DNA of 64,000 bases from Chloroflexota bacterium (GTDB taxonomy: Bacteria; Chloroflexota; Anaerolineae; UBA7937; B3-Chlor). Positions 26,703 through 36,266 of this stretch are shown piece after piece (position 1 is the first letter of the stretch; the number at the start of each line of letters is the position of its first letter). The translations under genes and the position numbers were made by a program. The notes beneath the pieces were generated by a model. That model had not been told where the DNA came from. It saw only the letters and a list, made by a program, of their open reading frames with translations, and did not search any database. Location of the stretch: the NCBI GenBank assembly GCA_030603665.1, contig JAUVXJ010000013.1:23910-87909 (forward strand). The letters run 5' to 3'.

Positions 26703-28190
26703 ATGACAGTGGCGGACCACACGTCTATGGAAGAGACCCTTGATCCCCAGGACTGGGAGTCCATGCGCGCGCTCGGCCATCGCATGCTGGACGACATGAT
26801 GACCTATCTCGAAACGGTAGAAGAGCGCCCCGTATGGCAACCTATCCCCGACGAGGTCAAGGCGCGCCTCCGCACGTCTCTGCCGCTCGAGCCAGGTGAT
26901 CCGCAAGAGATCTACGAGGAGTTCCTGAAACTGGTGCTACCCTACCCCATGGGCAACATACATCCCAGGTTCTGGGGCTGGGCGTTGGGCACCGGCACAC
27001 CCTTCGGCATGCTGGCGGAGATGCTGTCGTCGGGCCTGAACTCCGTCCCTGGCGGCGGAGAGCAGGTGCCCAACGATGTCGAGTTGCAGGTGCTCGATTG
27101 GTGCAAGGAGATGCTTGGCTTTCCCTTGGAGGCCAGCGGGCTGCTGGTCAGCGGCTGCTCCATGGCCAACTTGGTGGGACTGACCGTGGCGCGCAACGCC
27201 ATGGCCGGATTCAACCTCCGCCAGGAAGGCCTACAGGCTTCACGCCATAGAATGACCTTCTACTGCTCCACTGAGACTCATAGTTCGGTCCAGAAGGCCA
27301 TAGAGTTGCTGGGGCTCGGCGCCGAATACCTGCGCCAGGTACCTGTGAACGAGGAGTTTCAGATCGACCTCGCGGCACTACAGCAGGCAATCGCCGAGGA
27401 CCGGGATGCTGGTCACAAGCCAACCTGTATCGTGGGCAACGCGGGTACGATCAACACCGGCGCCTTCGATGATCTCGATTCCCTGGCGGACATCTGTGAG
27501 CGCGAGGGGATGTGGTTCCACGTTGACGGCGCCTTTGGCGCGTGGGCCGCCCTCGCCCCTCAGCTGCGGCCGATGGTGGCGGGTATGGAGCGTGCTCAGT
27601 CCCTCGCCTGCGACCTGCACAAATGGATGTACATGCCCTATGAGATAGCGTGCGTCCTGGTGCGTAGCGCGGAAGACCACCGTCGGTCCTTTTCGCTGAG
27701 CCCGGACTATCTTGAGCACCACACCCGGGGACTGGCCGGCGGAAAGGTCTGGTTCACCGACTATGGCATTCAGCTCTCGAGGAGCTTTCGGGCCCTGAAG
27801 GCCTGGATGTCCCTCAAAGAGCACGGCATCGAGAAGTACGGGCGCTTGATACAGCAGAACGTGGACCAGGCGCGCTACCTGGCAAACCTCGTGGAGTCCT
27901 CGCCAAAACTGGAGATGCTGGCACCCGTCCCTCTCAACACGGTCTGTTTCCGCTTCCATGCCGATCAGCTCGATGAGCCAACTATGAACCGGCTCAATGA
28001 GGAGTTGATGATTCGCCTTCAAGAAGAGGGGAAGGTGCTCATCTCGTACACGACCTTGAATGGCACGTACGCCCTCCGCGCGGGGATCACCAATCACCGC
28101 AGCCGCAAAGAGGATTTCGATCTCCTCATCCAAGAGGTGGCGAGGGTCGGAGGGGAGCTGCTCGACGAGGGCTTCGTCGGCGCTGAGTAG
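26703..28190 (+). CDS. PLP-dependent group II decarboxylase (aromatic-L-amino-acid / glutamate / diaminobutyrate decarboxylase family)
   Basis: It has the PLP-Lys motif DLHKWMYMPYEIACVLVR and the family-typical N-terminal helix (ETVEERPVWQPIP). Confidence 0.75.
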   Translation: MTVADHTSMEETLDPQDWESMRALGHRMLDDMMTYLETVEERPVWQPIPDEVKARLRTSLPLEPGDPQEIYEEFLKLVLPYPMGNIHPRFWGWALGTGTPFGMLAEMLSSGLNSVPGGGEQVPNDVELQVLDWCKEMLGFPLEASGLLVSGCSMANLVGLTVARNAMAGFNLRQEGLQASRHRMTFYCSTETHSSVQKAIELLGLGAEYLRQVPVNEEFQIDLAALQQAIAEDRDAGHKPTCIVGNAGTINTGAFDDLDSLADICEREGMWFHVDGAFGAWAALAPQLRPMVAGMERAQSLACDLHKWMYMPYEIACVLVRSAEDHRRSFSLSPDYLEHHTRGLAGGKVWFTDYGIQLSRSFRALKAWMSLKEHGIEKYGRLIQQNVDQARYLANLVESSPKLEMLAPVPLNTVCFRFHADQLDEPTMNRLNEELMIRLQEEGKVLISYTTLNGTYALRAGITNHRSRKEDFDLLIQEVARVGGELLDEGFVGAE

Positions 28191-28351
28191 CGCAGCAAGC
28201 TGAGTCCCTTGGTTTGCCCGCGGCAGCGGACCCCTCCGTAGGGTAGTACGCGGCTTTTCTTATGCGATTCCGGTGCAGGATGGCCGCCACAGGTGGTCTG
28301 GTCGGTCCAGTCTTCCATCCGGAGCCTTAGACATATCAGGAGGCCCTCATC

Positions 28352-29260
28352 ATGAGCTTTCTCAGAAGATTCGTGTCGGATAAGGGACCACTGATCAAAC
28401 GCGTTCTTGGCGGCAGCCTGATGGTCTTCTCGGCGCTGGGCCTGGTGATCAGCTTGCTCGGACTGGGGGGCGTCTGCAGGTTCAGCGGACCAGTTGCCGC
28501 CAGCGCTGACGAGGCCCTCACACTGACCGTCGCCGCCTTGACCTCGACCCAAGAGAACCTCGACCTGGCCCAGACGGCACTGGGAGAGGCACAAGTTGCC
28601 CTCGGCGCCATGCAAGACCTGGTAGAGGGCGCAGGCGAAGGCATGGAGAACACCAGTGCGCTGGTGGGGTCGGTGGGTGACATGCTGCTGAAGGATCTGC
28701 CAGACGTGATTGAGGAATCACAGCTCTCGCTGGCCGCCGCGGAGGAGGGCGCCGCGGTGATAGAGGAGTTGCTCTACGGGCTGAACGCCATCTCCAGACT
28801 CACCGGTGTGACCTATGACCCGGATGTCTCGCTGACGGAAGGCTTCGCTCGCATCAACGAGAGCCTGGATGCGCTTCCGGAATCACTGGCCGAGCTTGAT
28901 GGAAGCCTGAACGCAACTCAAGAGAATCTCGATGACCTGCAAACCACATTCACGGAGCTGACCGGCCCGCTTTCTGAGAGCCAGGCAGTCCTGTCGGAAG
29001 CCCAGTCGAGTGTGGAAACCTACAGCGATACGATCGAACAACTGACCCTCAGGGTCAGCAATCTCCGGGAGAGTCTCCCCAATTGGATCCGCATCACTGT
29101 AGTCTCTCTATACTTCTTGCTCATCTGGCTAGCGGTCTCCCAGATGGGACTCCTCTGGCAGGGCTGGGAGATGCTAAGCCATCATCCCAGACTGTTGGAG
29201 GATCGCGTCCGAGAGCTGGAGGAGAAGGTGGAAGAACTTGCGATGCACTCCAGAGAATAG
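28352..29260 (+). CDS. Membrane-anchored coiled-coil hypothetical protein
   Basis: It has an N-terminal TM (LGGSLMVFSALGLVISLLGLGG) and a C-terminal TM (ITVVSLYFLLIWLAV). The helical core is Leu/Glu/Ala-rich. Confidence 0.45.
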   Translation: MSFLRRFVSDKGPLIKRVLGGSLMVFSALGLVISLLGLGGVCRFSGPVAASADEALTLTVAALTSTQENLDLAQTALGEAQVALGAMQDLVEGAGEGMENTSALVGSVGDMLLKDLPDVIEESQLSLAAAEEGAAVIEELLYGLNAISRLTGVTYDPDVSLTEGFARINESLDALPESLAELDGSLNATQENLDDLQTTFTELTGPLSESQAVLSEAQSSVETYSDTIEQLTLRVSNLRESLPNWIRITVVSLYFLLIWLAVSQMGLLWQGWEMLSHHPRLLEDRVRELEEKVEELAMHSRE

Positions 29261-29904
29261 AACAGCCTAGCTCCTCCAATCACGCCGTTCGCCGACGATG
29301 CCATCGACGAATCACCCTACGGCATCCTCATCGGATATGTCGCCTCATGGTCCTAGCACCTAGCTTGTCCTGCAACAGACAACACGCATGGGCCGAAATG
29401 GCTATTGACAGTACAGATGCTAGACCGATATACGCAGCTACCGATGCATCCGTGCCCATGTCCCCGGCTCGACTCCTTGACAGTCGGGATCACACGCCAG
29501 AAGGGAGATGGATCGCGAACTTGCAGACATCGTCGCCTTGGAGCACGCTCTCCAGCATCTCCACTTCGACGCTCTGTTGCAGTATCTCCTCCCAGATGCC
29601 CCTGTAGAAGCCACCCCCACAGTAGCAGTACGTTGGAGAGATGCTCACGGATGACTTCAACGCATCCCGGACTCTAGGGCAATGACAGTACAGCTGCTGC
29701 CACGTGGCCCCCGGCAAGGGATGTACCCCACTCTTGCCCGCTTGTGCCCCTCAGCGTATCATTAGTCAACTAGGAGACGGCGCATCACTCCCGCGGGGCA
29801 TGCTCCGAGGAACCAGTGCGGGGTGGCAGGGTCGGCGGCGAGCACAGGACCCCCGGCATCAAGCGGGTCCCTGACGCGAATAGCCAGAAGGGTAGGAGGG
29901 CACC

Positions 29905-30465
29905 ATGCGTATCGAGAAAGCATCATTCCTGGGAGGCGCCGACTTCCAATCAGGCGATCAGACCTACAAGGACGTTTTCGAGACCGCCAGACTCCTGGCT
30001 CAGAGCAGCATCACGGTGTTGAACGGTGGCGGCCCCGGTGTGATGCGAGCTGCAACCGAGGGAGCTCATGAAGGCGGCGGCCGCGCCGTGGGAGTCACCT
30101 ACTACCCCAAGTACGAACACGCCACGTACGAAGGCAGGGATTTCCTCAACCATTTCGATGAAGAGGTGGTAACGGCAGACTATTTCGAGCGTACCCAGAC
30201 TCTCTTGGAGATGGGAGATGTCCACATAGTGTTCAGGGGCGGGACGGGCACCATCAGTGAATTCGGCATGAGCTGGGCCCTGTCCAGGATTCACCTGGGC
30301 CACAGCGTCCCCCTGCTCCTCTTCGGAGGGTTCTGGGAGGAGATCACCAACTGCCTCAAGGAGTACATGTACATGCGGGAGGACGAGTTCCGCATCTACC
30401 ATGTCGTCACTTCCCCACAAGAGGTCCTCGATACGATACGGAAGCTGGAGCAAGCCACAACCTGA
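29905..30465 (+). CDS. LOG-family (TIGR00730, Rossmann-fold nucleotide-binding) protein
   Basis: It has the motifs LNGGGPGVMRAATEGA and FRGGTGTISEF (GGGxGxM / PGGxGTxxE) and is 186 aa. Confidence 0.7.
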   Translation: MRIEKASFLGGADFQSGDQTYKDVFETARLLAQSSITVLNGGGPGVMRAATEGAHEGGGRAVGVTYYPKYEHATYEGRDFLNHFDEEVVTADYFERTQTLLEMGDVHIVFRGGTGTISEFGMSWALSRIHLGHSVPLLLFGGFWEEITNCLKEYMYMREDEFRIYHVVTSPQEVLDTIRKLEQATT

Positions 30466-30493
30466 CAGCGCATCTAGAGAGGGAGAGTAGTCC

Positions 30494-31351
30494 ATGACCA
30501 GCGAGAAGATCACGGTCGTGAAGCGCTCCGGGGAATACGAGCCCTTCTCCGAAAGAAAGGTTCGAACCTCCCTCATGAGGGCCGGAGCAGATGATGGGCT
30601 CATCGACGCCATCGTCCGCCGGGTCGAGAGAGAGCTCTACGATGGCATCTCCACCAGGGAGATCTATGCCCACGTCTTCGCACTGCTCAGAGAACTCCAG
30701 AGCCCCCTGGTGTCCAAGTATGACTTGAAGAGATCGATCATGGAGCTTGGTCCCTCGGGCTTTCCCTTCGAGAAGTTCGTGGCCGGTGTCCTCCAGGCCC
30801 AGGGGTTCACCGTGGCGGTGGGGCAGATAGTCCAGGGTAAGTGCGTCGACCATGAGGTGGATATGATCGCCCAGAAGGGTCACAGGCATTACATGATCGA
30901 GGCCAAGTTTCACAACCAGCCCGGCCTTAAATCGGACATCAAAGATGCACTGTACACCTATGCCAGGTTTCTGGACGTCGAGCAAATCTGGGTGGAGATC
31001 GCCGGCCACCGGGCTCACCTGCACCGGGCCTGGCTCATCACCAACACCAAGGTCACGTCGAAAGTGAGGGAATACGCCAAGTGCGCAGGCATGCGGGTGA
31101 CGAGCTGGAACTACCCCTCCAGAGCCAGTCTGAGGTTGATGGTAGAAGAGAGCGGCCTGCTCCCTGTGACCTCTCTCCAGTCCCTTGGCCCAGAGGACAA
31201 GGCGAGGCTCCTCGGGGAAGGTATCATCTTCTGTCGCGAGCTGCCGGAACGGGACATCCCCTTCCTGAGCCGCCACAAGCTCGAGAAAGCACGCAAGGAG
31301 GCCCTGGAGGCGTGCAGAGGGAAGGTCTCTCCATCCCAGGTAGAGTCATGA
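30494..31351 (+). CDS. ATP-cone domain fused to a Mrr-cat-like PD-(D/E)xK restriction-endonuclease domain
   Basis: The N-terminus ITVVKRSGEYEPFSERKVRTSLMRAG matches the ATP-cone start. The nuclease core is FEKFVAGVLQAQGFTVAV...VDHEVDMIAQK...YMIEAKFH...LITNTKVTSKVREYAKCAGM. Confidence 0.65.
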   Translation: MTSEKITVVKRSGEYEPFSERKVRTSLMRAGADDGLIDAIVRRVERELYDGISTREIYAHVFALLRELQSPLVSKYDLKRSIMELGPSGFPFEKFVAGVLQAQGFTVAVGQIVQGKCVDHEVDMIAQKGHRHYMIEAKFHNQPGLKSDIKDALYTYARFLDVEQIWVEIAGHRAHLHRAWLITNTKVTSKVREYAKCAGMRVTSWNYPSRASLRLMVEESGLLPVTSLQSLGPEDKARLLGEGIIFCRELPERDIPFLSRHKLEKARKEALEACRGKVSPSQVES

Positions 31352-31448
31352 ATGCCCGGACCGAGGTGGCAGGATTCACATCAAGCTTCGTAGGCGCGAC
31401 GCCACACACCTGCCGTGGAATGCCTCGCCCATCACAGCGCTGATCCAC

Positions 31449-32639
31449 CTACACTCCCTTCAGCGCCTCTGCCGAGAATGACCGCTCCAGCTCCTCGTCG
31501 ACGAACACTCCATCTTCTCGAATGAGCTCGCCGTCGAAGTAGATCTCCCCGCCACCGTACTCCTTCCGCTGGATCTGCACCAGGTCCCAGTGTATGGCAG
31601 ACCGATTCCCGTTGGACGCATCGTCGTAGCAGTTACCGGCGGCCAGATGCAAGGAGCCGGCTATCTTCTCCGTGAACAGGACGTCCCTGCTGGGATGCAG
31701 GATGAAGGGATTGAGACCGAGAGCGAATTCCCCGATGTAGCGCGCACCTTCGTCGGTGTCCAGAATCTGATTCAACCGCTCGTTGTCGCCTTGACACGTG
31801 GCGTCAACGATCTTGCCATCGCGCAGCTCGAACCTAACATCGTGGAACACCGACCCCTTGAATAACCCCGGGGTGTTGAAGGTGATCGTCCCGTTGACAG
31901 AATCCTTCACGGGGGCTGTCAACAGCTCGCCATCCGGGATGTTGCTCTTGCCGTCCCATTTCATGGAGGGGATACCCTTGATGGAAAAGGTGAGGTCGGT
32001 GCCTGGCGCAACGAGGTGTACGATATCTGTCCTCTCCATCAGCTCTGCCAGAGGGTCCATGGCCTTCGACATCCTGGCATAGTCCAGGCAGCAGACGTCG
32101 TAGTAGAGGTCCTCATAGGACTCCTGACTCATCTCCGACAGCTGAGCAATGGAGTTGGAAGGGTAATGGAGTATGCACCATTTGGTTCTCCTGACACGGA
32201 TCTCTTGGTGGACCGGTTTCACGTAAAGCGTTTGGTTCATCCGTAACTGCTGAGCTGAGACATCGGCCAGGTCGAAGGGATTGTCGTCGGCGATCACCAC
32301 GAGCCAGGCATCACTCTGCTCCACGAGCCTCAGATGCCAGTCTGTGCGAGCCCTGAACTGCTCCTCCGTGGCGAACGGAATCCACTGGCGCTGAAACGAT
32401 GCGTCGTTGAAGTACCAGAAGGGCACGGCGCCCCTCTGCGTAGCCTGCCTGACCAGGACCTTGGTCAGTTCCAGAGCCTCTCTCCCGGAGACCTCGATGA
32501 ACAAGCGCTCGCCAGGCTGCAATTCGATGGAGTACCCCAGAAGCTGTCTCGCCAGGACTTCGTTTCGCTCGTCTCTCACGATCGTCCCTTTCTCCCTCCT
32601 GCCACGAAGGCTGCCCGCACCCACGGTGGAGGCGCCCAC
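31449..32639 (-). CDS. M29-family aminopeptidase (AmpS/PepS-like)
   Basis: EGARYIGEFALGLNP and the overall length fit the M29 family. The exact start is uncertain, and the N-terminal MGASTVGAG... may be upstream extension. Confidence 0.55.
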   Translation of the reverse strand: MGASTVGAGSLRGRREKGTIVRDERNEVLARQLLGYSIELQPGERLFIEVSGREALELTKVLVRQATQRGAVPFWYFNDASFQRQWIPFATEEQFRARTDWHLRLVEQSDAWLVVIADDNPFDLADVSAQQLRMNQTLYVKPVHQEIRVRRTKWCILHYPSNSIAQLSEMSQESYEDLYYDVCCLDYARMSKAMDPLAELMERTDIVHLVAPGTDLTFSIKGIPSMKWDGKSNIPDGELLTAPVKDSVNGTITFNTPGLFKGSVFHDVRFELRDGKIVDATCQGDNERLNQILDTDEGARYIGEFALGLNPFILHPSRDVLFTEKIAGSLHLAAGNCYDDASNGNRSAIHWDLVQIQRKEYGGGEIYFDGELIREDGVFVDEELERSFSAEALKGV

Positions 32640-32653
32640 CTTCGCATCCGCCC

Positions 32654-33289
32654 CTACCCAGCTCCAACAAGCTCGCTCGCTTTCCTCACCGCCGCGGATG
32701 CATCTGGAGCGTAGCCGTTGGCACCTATCTCGTCGCAGTACTCCTGGGACAAGGGCGCGCCGCCCACCAGCACCTTCACCCCATCGAGCAGACCGGCCTT
32801 GGCCAGCGCCTTCATGGTCCTCTCCATAGCGGGCATGGTGGTAGTCATCAGCGCCGACATGCCCACGATATCCGTCTTGGCCTGTTGCAGCGCTGCTACG
32901 AACTTCTCAGGAGCCACGTCTGCTCCCAGGTCAACGATCTCAAAGCCCGCTCCTTCGAGCATCGTACAGACCAGGTTCTTCCCCAAGTCGTGCATGTCGC
33001 CCTGCACGGTCCCCATGGCCACACGACCGACTGCGGTCGATTGTTCACCCACCATCAAGGGCCTCAACACACCGAGTCCAGCCTGCATCGCACGAGACGC
33101 GATGAGCATCTCAGGCACGAAGAACTCGGCTCTCTCGAACCGAGCACCCACCTCCGCCATAGCCGGAACGAGACTCTCGGCGATGACCTGCTGAGGTGTT
33201 GCACCTTCTGCCACAGCCTGCTTCACCAGTGTCTCAACAGAAGTCCCGTCGCCTCGCAACACCGCGTCGTATATCTCTCTCACGTCCAT
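32654..33289 (-). CDS. Corrinoid (B12)-binding protein of a methyltransferase system
   Basis: The B12-binding motif is GTVQGDMHDLGKN (DxHxxG). A Rossmann-like C-terminal domain and an N-terminal helical cap are present. The start is taken at MDVREIYDAV. Confidence 0.7.
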   Translation of the reverse strand: MDVREIYDAVLRGDGTSVETLVKQAVAEGATPQQVIAESLVPAMAEVGARFERAEFFVPEMLIASRAMQAGLGVLRPLMVGEQSTAVGRVAMGTVQGDMHDLGKNLVCTMLEGAGFEIVDLGADVAPEKFVAALQQAKTDIVGMSALMTTTMPAMERTMKALAKAGLLDGVKVLVGGAPLSQEYCDEIGANGYAPDASAAVRKASELVGAG

Positions 33290-33402
33290 CGATGATCCTC
33301 CGGCCTCCTGCACCGCCTGCGTTCTCCGGCCCAACTGCCGCTGACTTATGACCTATTGGGAATACTGCACTCCCGATCCGCGCCCGTCTCCAAGCCCTCC
33401 GA

Positions 33403-34548
33403 TTACCCTCCGATAGGATACTGGCCGTATTCGTGTGCGGCTTCGAACAGAGCCACGATATTATCCGGGGGTACATCGGGCTGTATGTTGTGTATAGTAC
33501 CAAAAACGAATCCTCCCCCCGGCGCCAAGTCGTTGATACGCCTCCTTGCCTCCTCCTTCACATCACGCGGCGTTCCAAAGGGCAGCACCCGTATTGGATC
33601 GGCGCCTCCACCCCAGAAGACGATGTCCCGTCCAAACTCCCGCTTCAGTCTGTCCGTCTCCATGTCCCTGGCTGAGACCTGCACCGGGTTGATGATGTCT
33701 ACTCCGCTCTCGATTATGTCGGATAGGGCCCAGTAGATAGATCCACAGCAGTGCAGGAAGATCTTGGCATCGGTCTTCTGGTGAATGAGATCCGTGAGGC
33801 GACGATGCCGCAGCTTGTACACCTCCCGGTACAGGTCGGGGGAGAAAAGAGGCCCGTGTTGGCCACCCAGGTCGTCGCTCAACTCGACCACGTGAACGGA
33901 TGGTCCCACCTCGTCCAGCACCAGGCTCCAGAACTCCAGCAGCCACTCCAGCACCCTCTCGGCCAGGGCCTCCACGTACGCCCTGTTATCCGCCATGTCC
34001 ATGAACAACGCTTCAAGTCCGCGCAGCCAGTACGACTGTTCGAAGACACCGCCGATGGGCGCGTGAATCATTACCGCCTTGTCGGTCTCCTCCAGCAGGC
34101 GCTTGGCCTCATCCGCCAGGCCCTTCACTCGACTGGGGTCGCCCGCGTCGGGAAACTGGAAGTTCTTCAACTCCTCGATGGTCCCCTCCTGGAGAGGATG
34201 ACCTGCCAGATCATACCAGTATCCCCCTGGAGGTCGCCGGTAGACCACGCCCCACTCGTCCACGAAGCTGTCGGTCTCCGGGTCAAGCTTGAACTCGAAA
34301 TCGGCTGCATCGTGAGGAAAGAAGCCCACGACATCCGCATGGAACATATCCTTCACTGCAGGTGCCGGGTCCACTATCTGCTGGAAGGTGTCCATGATGG
34401 GGATGTCGTCCGTCGGGAGTCCCAGATACAGGAGAAGGTTGCGATAAGCCTCGTGGTGCAGCGAGGTGACCAGCCCCCCGAAGTCGATGGGCACCCGATC
34501 AGGCTCTTGGTGGTCCAGAGCAAGAAGAACTCTCTCCCGACTGTTCAT
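33403..34548 (-). CDS. Uroporphyrinogen-decarboxylase-family methyltransferase (MtaA/MtbA/CmuA-like, methylcorrinoid:acceptor)
   Basis: It has a URO-D-like TIM-barrel signature (PIDFGG near the N-terminus; FLHCCGS). It is adjacent to a corrinoid protein. Confidence 0.6.
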   Translation of the reverse strand: MNSRERVLLALDHQEPDRVPIDFGGLVTSLHHEAYRNLLLYLGLPTDDIPIMDTFQQIVDPAPAVKDMFHADVVGFFPHDAADFEFKLDPETDSFVDEWGVVYRRPPGGYWYDLAGHPLQEGTIEELKNFQFPDAGDPSRVKGLADEAKRLLEETDKAVMIHAPIGGVFEQSYWLRGLEALFMDMADNRAYVEALAERVLEWLLEFWSLVLDEVGPSVHVVELSDDLGGQHGPLFSPDLYREVYKLRHRRLTDLIHQKTDAKIFLHCCGSIYWALSDIIESGVDIINPVQVSARDMETDRLKREFGRDIVFWGGGADPIRVLPFGTPRDVKEEARRRINDLAPGGGFVFGTIHNIQPDVPPDNIVALFEAAHEYGQYPIGG

Positions 34549-34647
34549 TCAAACCTCCAGACCATGAGCGCCCCTTGGAGAAAGGTCGCGTGCAGCATTC
34601 GCGTATCTGCCGAGTACGATTGCCCGTAGGCCCATTCCCACGCATGA

Positions 34648-35289
34648 TCACGGTTCCAGCACCGGGAGATCGTCACAGGGGCCGTTCATGTTCAGGGTCG
34701 CGGCAGGGACCCATCCTGTTATGTCCATCCCTGTGCTACCTAGACTCAGGTCGACCTGAGCCCAGTCGCCGCTCATGCCCAAGACTGCAGCATAGTCGCC
34801 GTGCAACAGTGTCGCCACCACTTCAGACGACCGGTCAGGCTCGGCGTGAACCTGGACCTCGTCCATGGGCATGGTGAAGCAGACCCCGGCAGGAGGCCCG
34901 ATCAGCTCCGGAACTCCCCCACACTGACCCTCCAGACGAACAGCGCCGTTTCCCTCGACCCAGCGTAGCCTGAAGACTCCCACGTTGGCCGCCTGTGCGA
35001 CACCGGGCTCAAGACCCCACCAGCCATCCAGCGTTCTGCCCTCCACCCTCGCGCGGGAGCCTGGCTGCATCACGCCGAAGACGGCGGCGCTGGGATCTGG
35101 CCTGTTGTAGACAATGACCTCACCCTCGGCAACTAGTTCACAGAGCTCAGCGGGTCCGGCGCCCCGCCCGCCGAGATCTCCGTTCGATTGACCTCTCAGG
35201 GCGCAGCCACCACAGAACAGTATGACCAGCAAGGCTCCAGACAATGCCGCCCTTCCCACGCGTCGCTCTACCCCCTCGCCAGCACTCAC
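34648..35289 (-). CDS. Secreted hypothetical protein with SH3b-like repeats
   Basis: It has a signal/TM segment, ALSGALLVILFCGGCA. Two similar beta-rich modules with W...G motifs follow. Confidence 0.45.
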   Translation of the reverse strand: MSAGEGVERRVGRAALSGALLVILFCGGCALRGQSNGDLGGRGAGPAELCELVAEGEVIVYNRPDPSAAVFGVMQPGSRARVEGRTLDGWWGLEPGVAQAANVGVFRLRWVEGNGAVRLEGQCGGVPELIGPPAGVCFTMPMDEVQVHAEPDRSSEVVATLLHGDYAAVLGMSGDWAQVDLSLGSTGMDITGWVPAATLNMNGPCDDLPVLEP

Positions 35290-35975
35290 CAGTACCGCCG
35301 GGGATGCCGATTTGCCACCGCCTCGAGAAGGATGCGCACGTAGTTCGGATCCCCCCGCACCTCCCGGGAGAACCCGGTATCCGAAAGCTCCTCCGTCCCG
35401 TGGGTCCGTACCAGCTCCCTGGCCCTATCCACCATGGGTTCAACCATCGAAGCCAGAGACTCTGCGCTCTCAGCTGAAGGCTGGAGTTGCCGTGCCCGGT
35501 CGTAGAAGTCCTCGATCAGTTCTGAGTACTCCGATCCCTCCTGGAACTGCTCCGGGGGGAGGTGATACCCGGCCGCCACCAGCTTCTCCCACACTCTGAA
35601 GACTTGCCCCGCCATCTCTGGACTTCGAAGCCACCCTGCCCCATACAGCTCGGTCAGAGTGGCGTTGACATCCTCTATCCTCCTGTCCACGTGGGACACG
35701 TCGCTGCCAGGCGGCTTATCTCCTGAGGCCTGCGGGATAAGCGTCGTCAGGTACTCCTGCATCTTCTCCGTCAGGCCAGTACTTGTCTGGGTCTTCACAC
35801 CGTCCTCTATGTCCAGCAGCAAGGAGGCCAGGCTCCTGAGGCTGCCCCTGGGGACCCCCGCCGCCTCCCCGAGATCGCGGGCCTGCTTGGCCATCGACAG
35901 CATCTTCCTGGAGAAGTTCAGGACGTCTCCAAAGCTCAGACTCTCCTGCTCCCAGCTACGCTTTCTAGCGCACAT
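35286..35975 (-). CDS. Hypothetical protein
   Basis: It is a 229-aa ORF with coding-like composition and a 4-bp overlap with the downstream gene. I recognise no motif. Confidence 0.35.
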   Translation of the reverse strand: MCARKRSWEQESLSFGDVLNFSRKMLSMAKQARDLGEAAGVPRGSLRSLASLLLDIEDGVKTQTSTGLTEKMQEYLTTLIPQASGDKPPGSDVSHVDRRIEDVNATLTELYGAGWLRSPEMAGQVFRVWEKLVAAGYHLPPEQFQEGSEYSELIEDFYDRARQLQPSAESAESLASMVEPMVDRARELVRTHGTEELSDTGFSREVRGDPNYVRILLEAVANRHPRRYW

Positions 35976-36266
35976 CTATCCGGCCCTCCTTCAAGCTACC
36001 AAGCACTTCCGCCACCGACGGCTACCGAGAGGATTCTATCAGGGCATGTTAGCACCGGCAAGCGTTGCTCCAAGACGCTGTTCCAGGATATTCCAGCTCA
36101 CCTTTCAGCGGCGCTGCTCAAGCACGCAGCGCCATCGGATCCCTTCCTCGACCAAGATTCTAGCCGGCCGGTGCACGCGGCTTGCGTAGTCGGGGCGTCT
36201 GCAAAGCGGGGCGGGGTCAGGGCGATGCCCGGACTAGCGGCCTACTACTAGGGCATCCAGAAAGGC

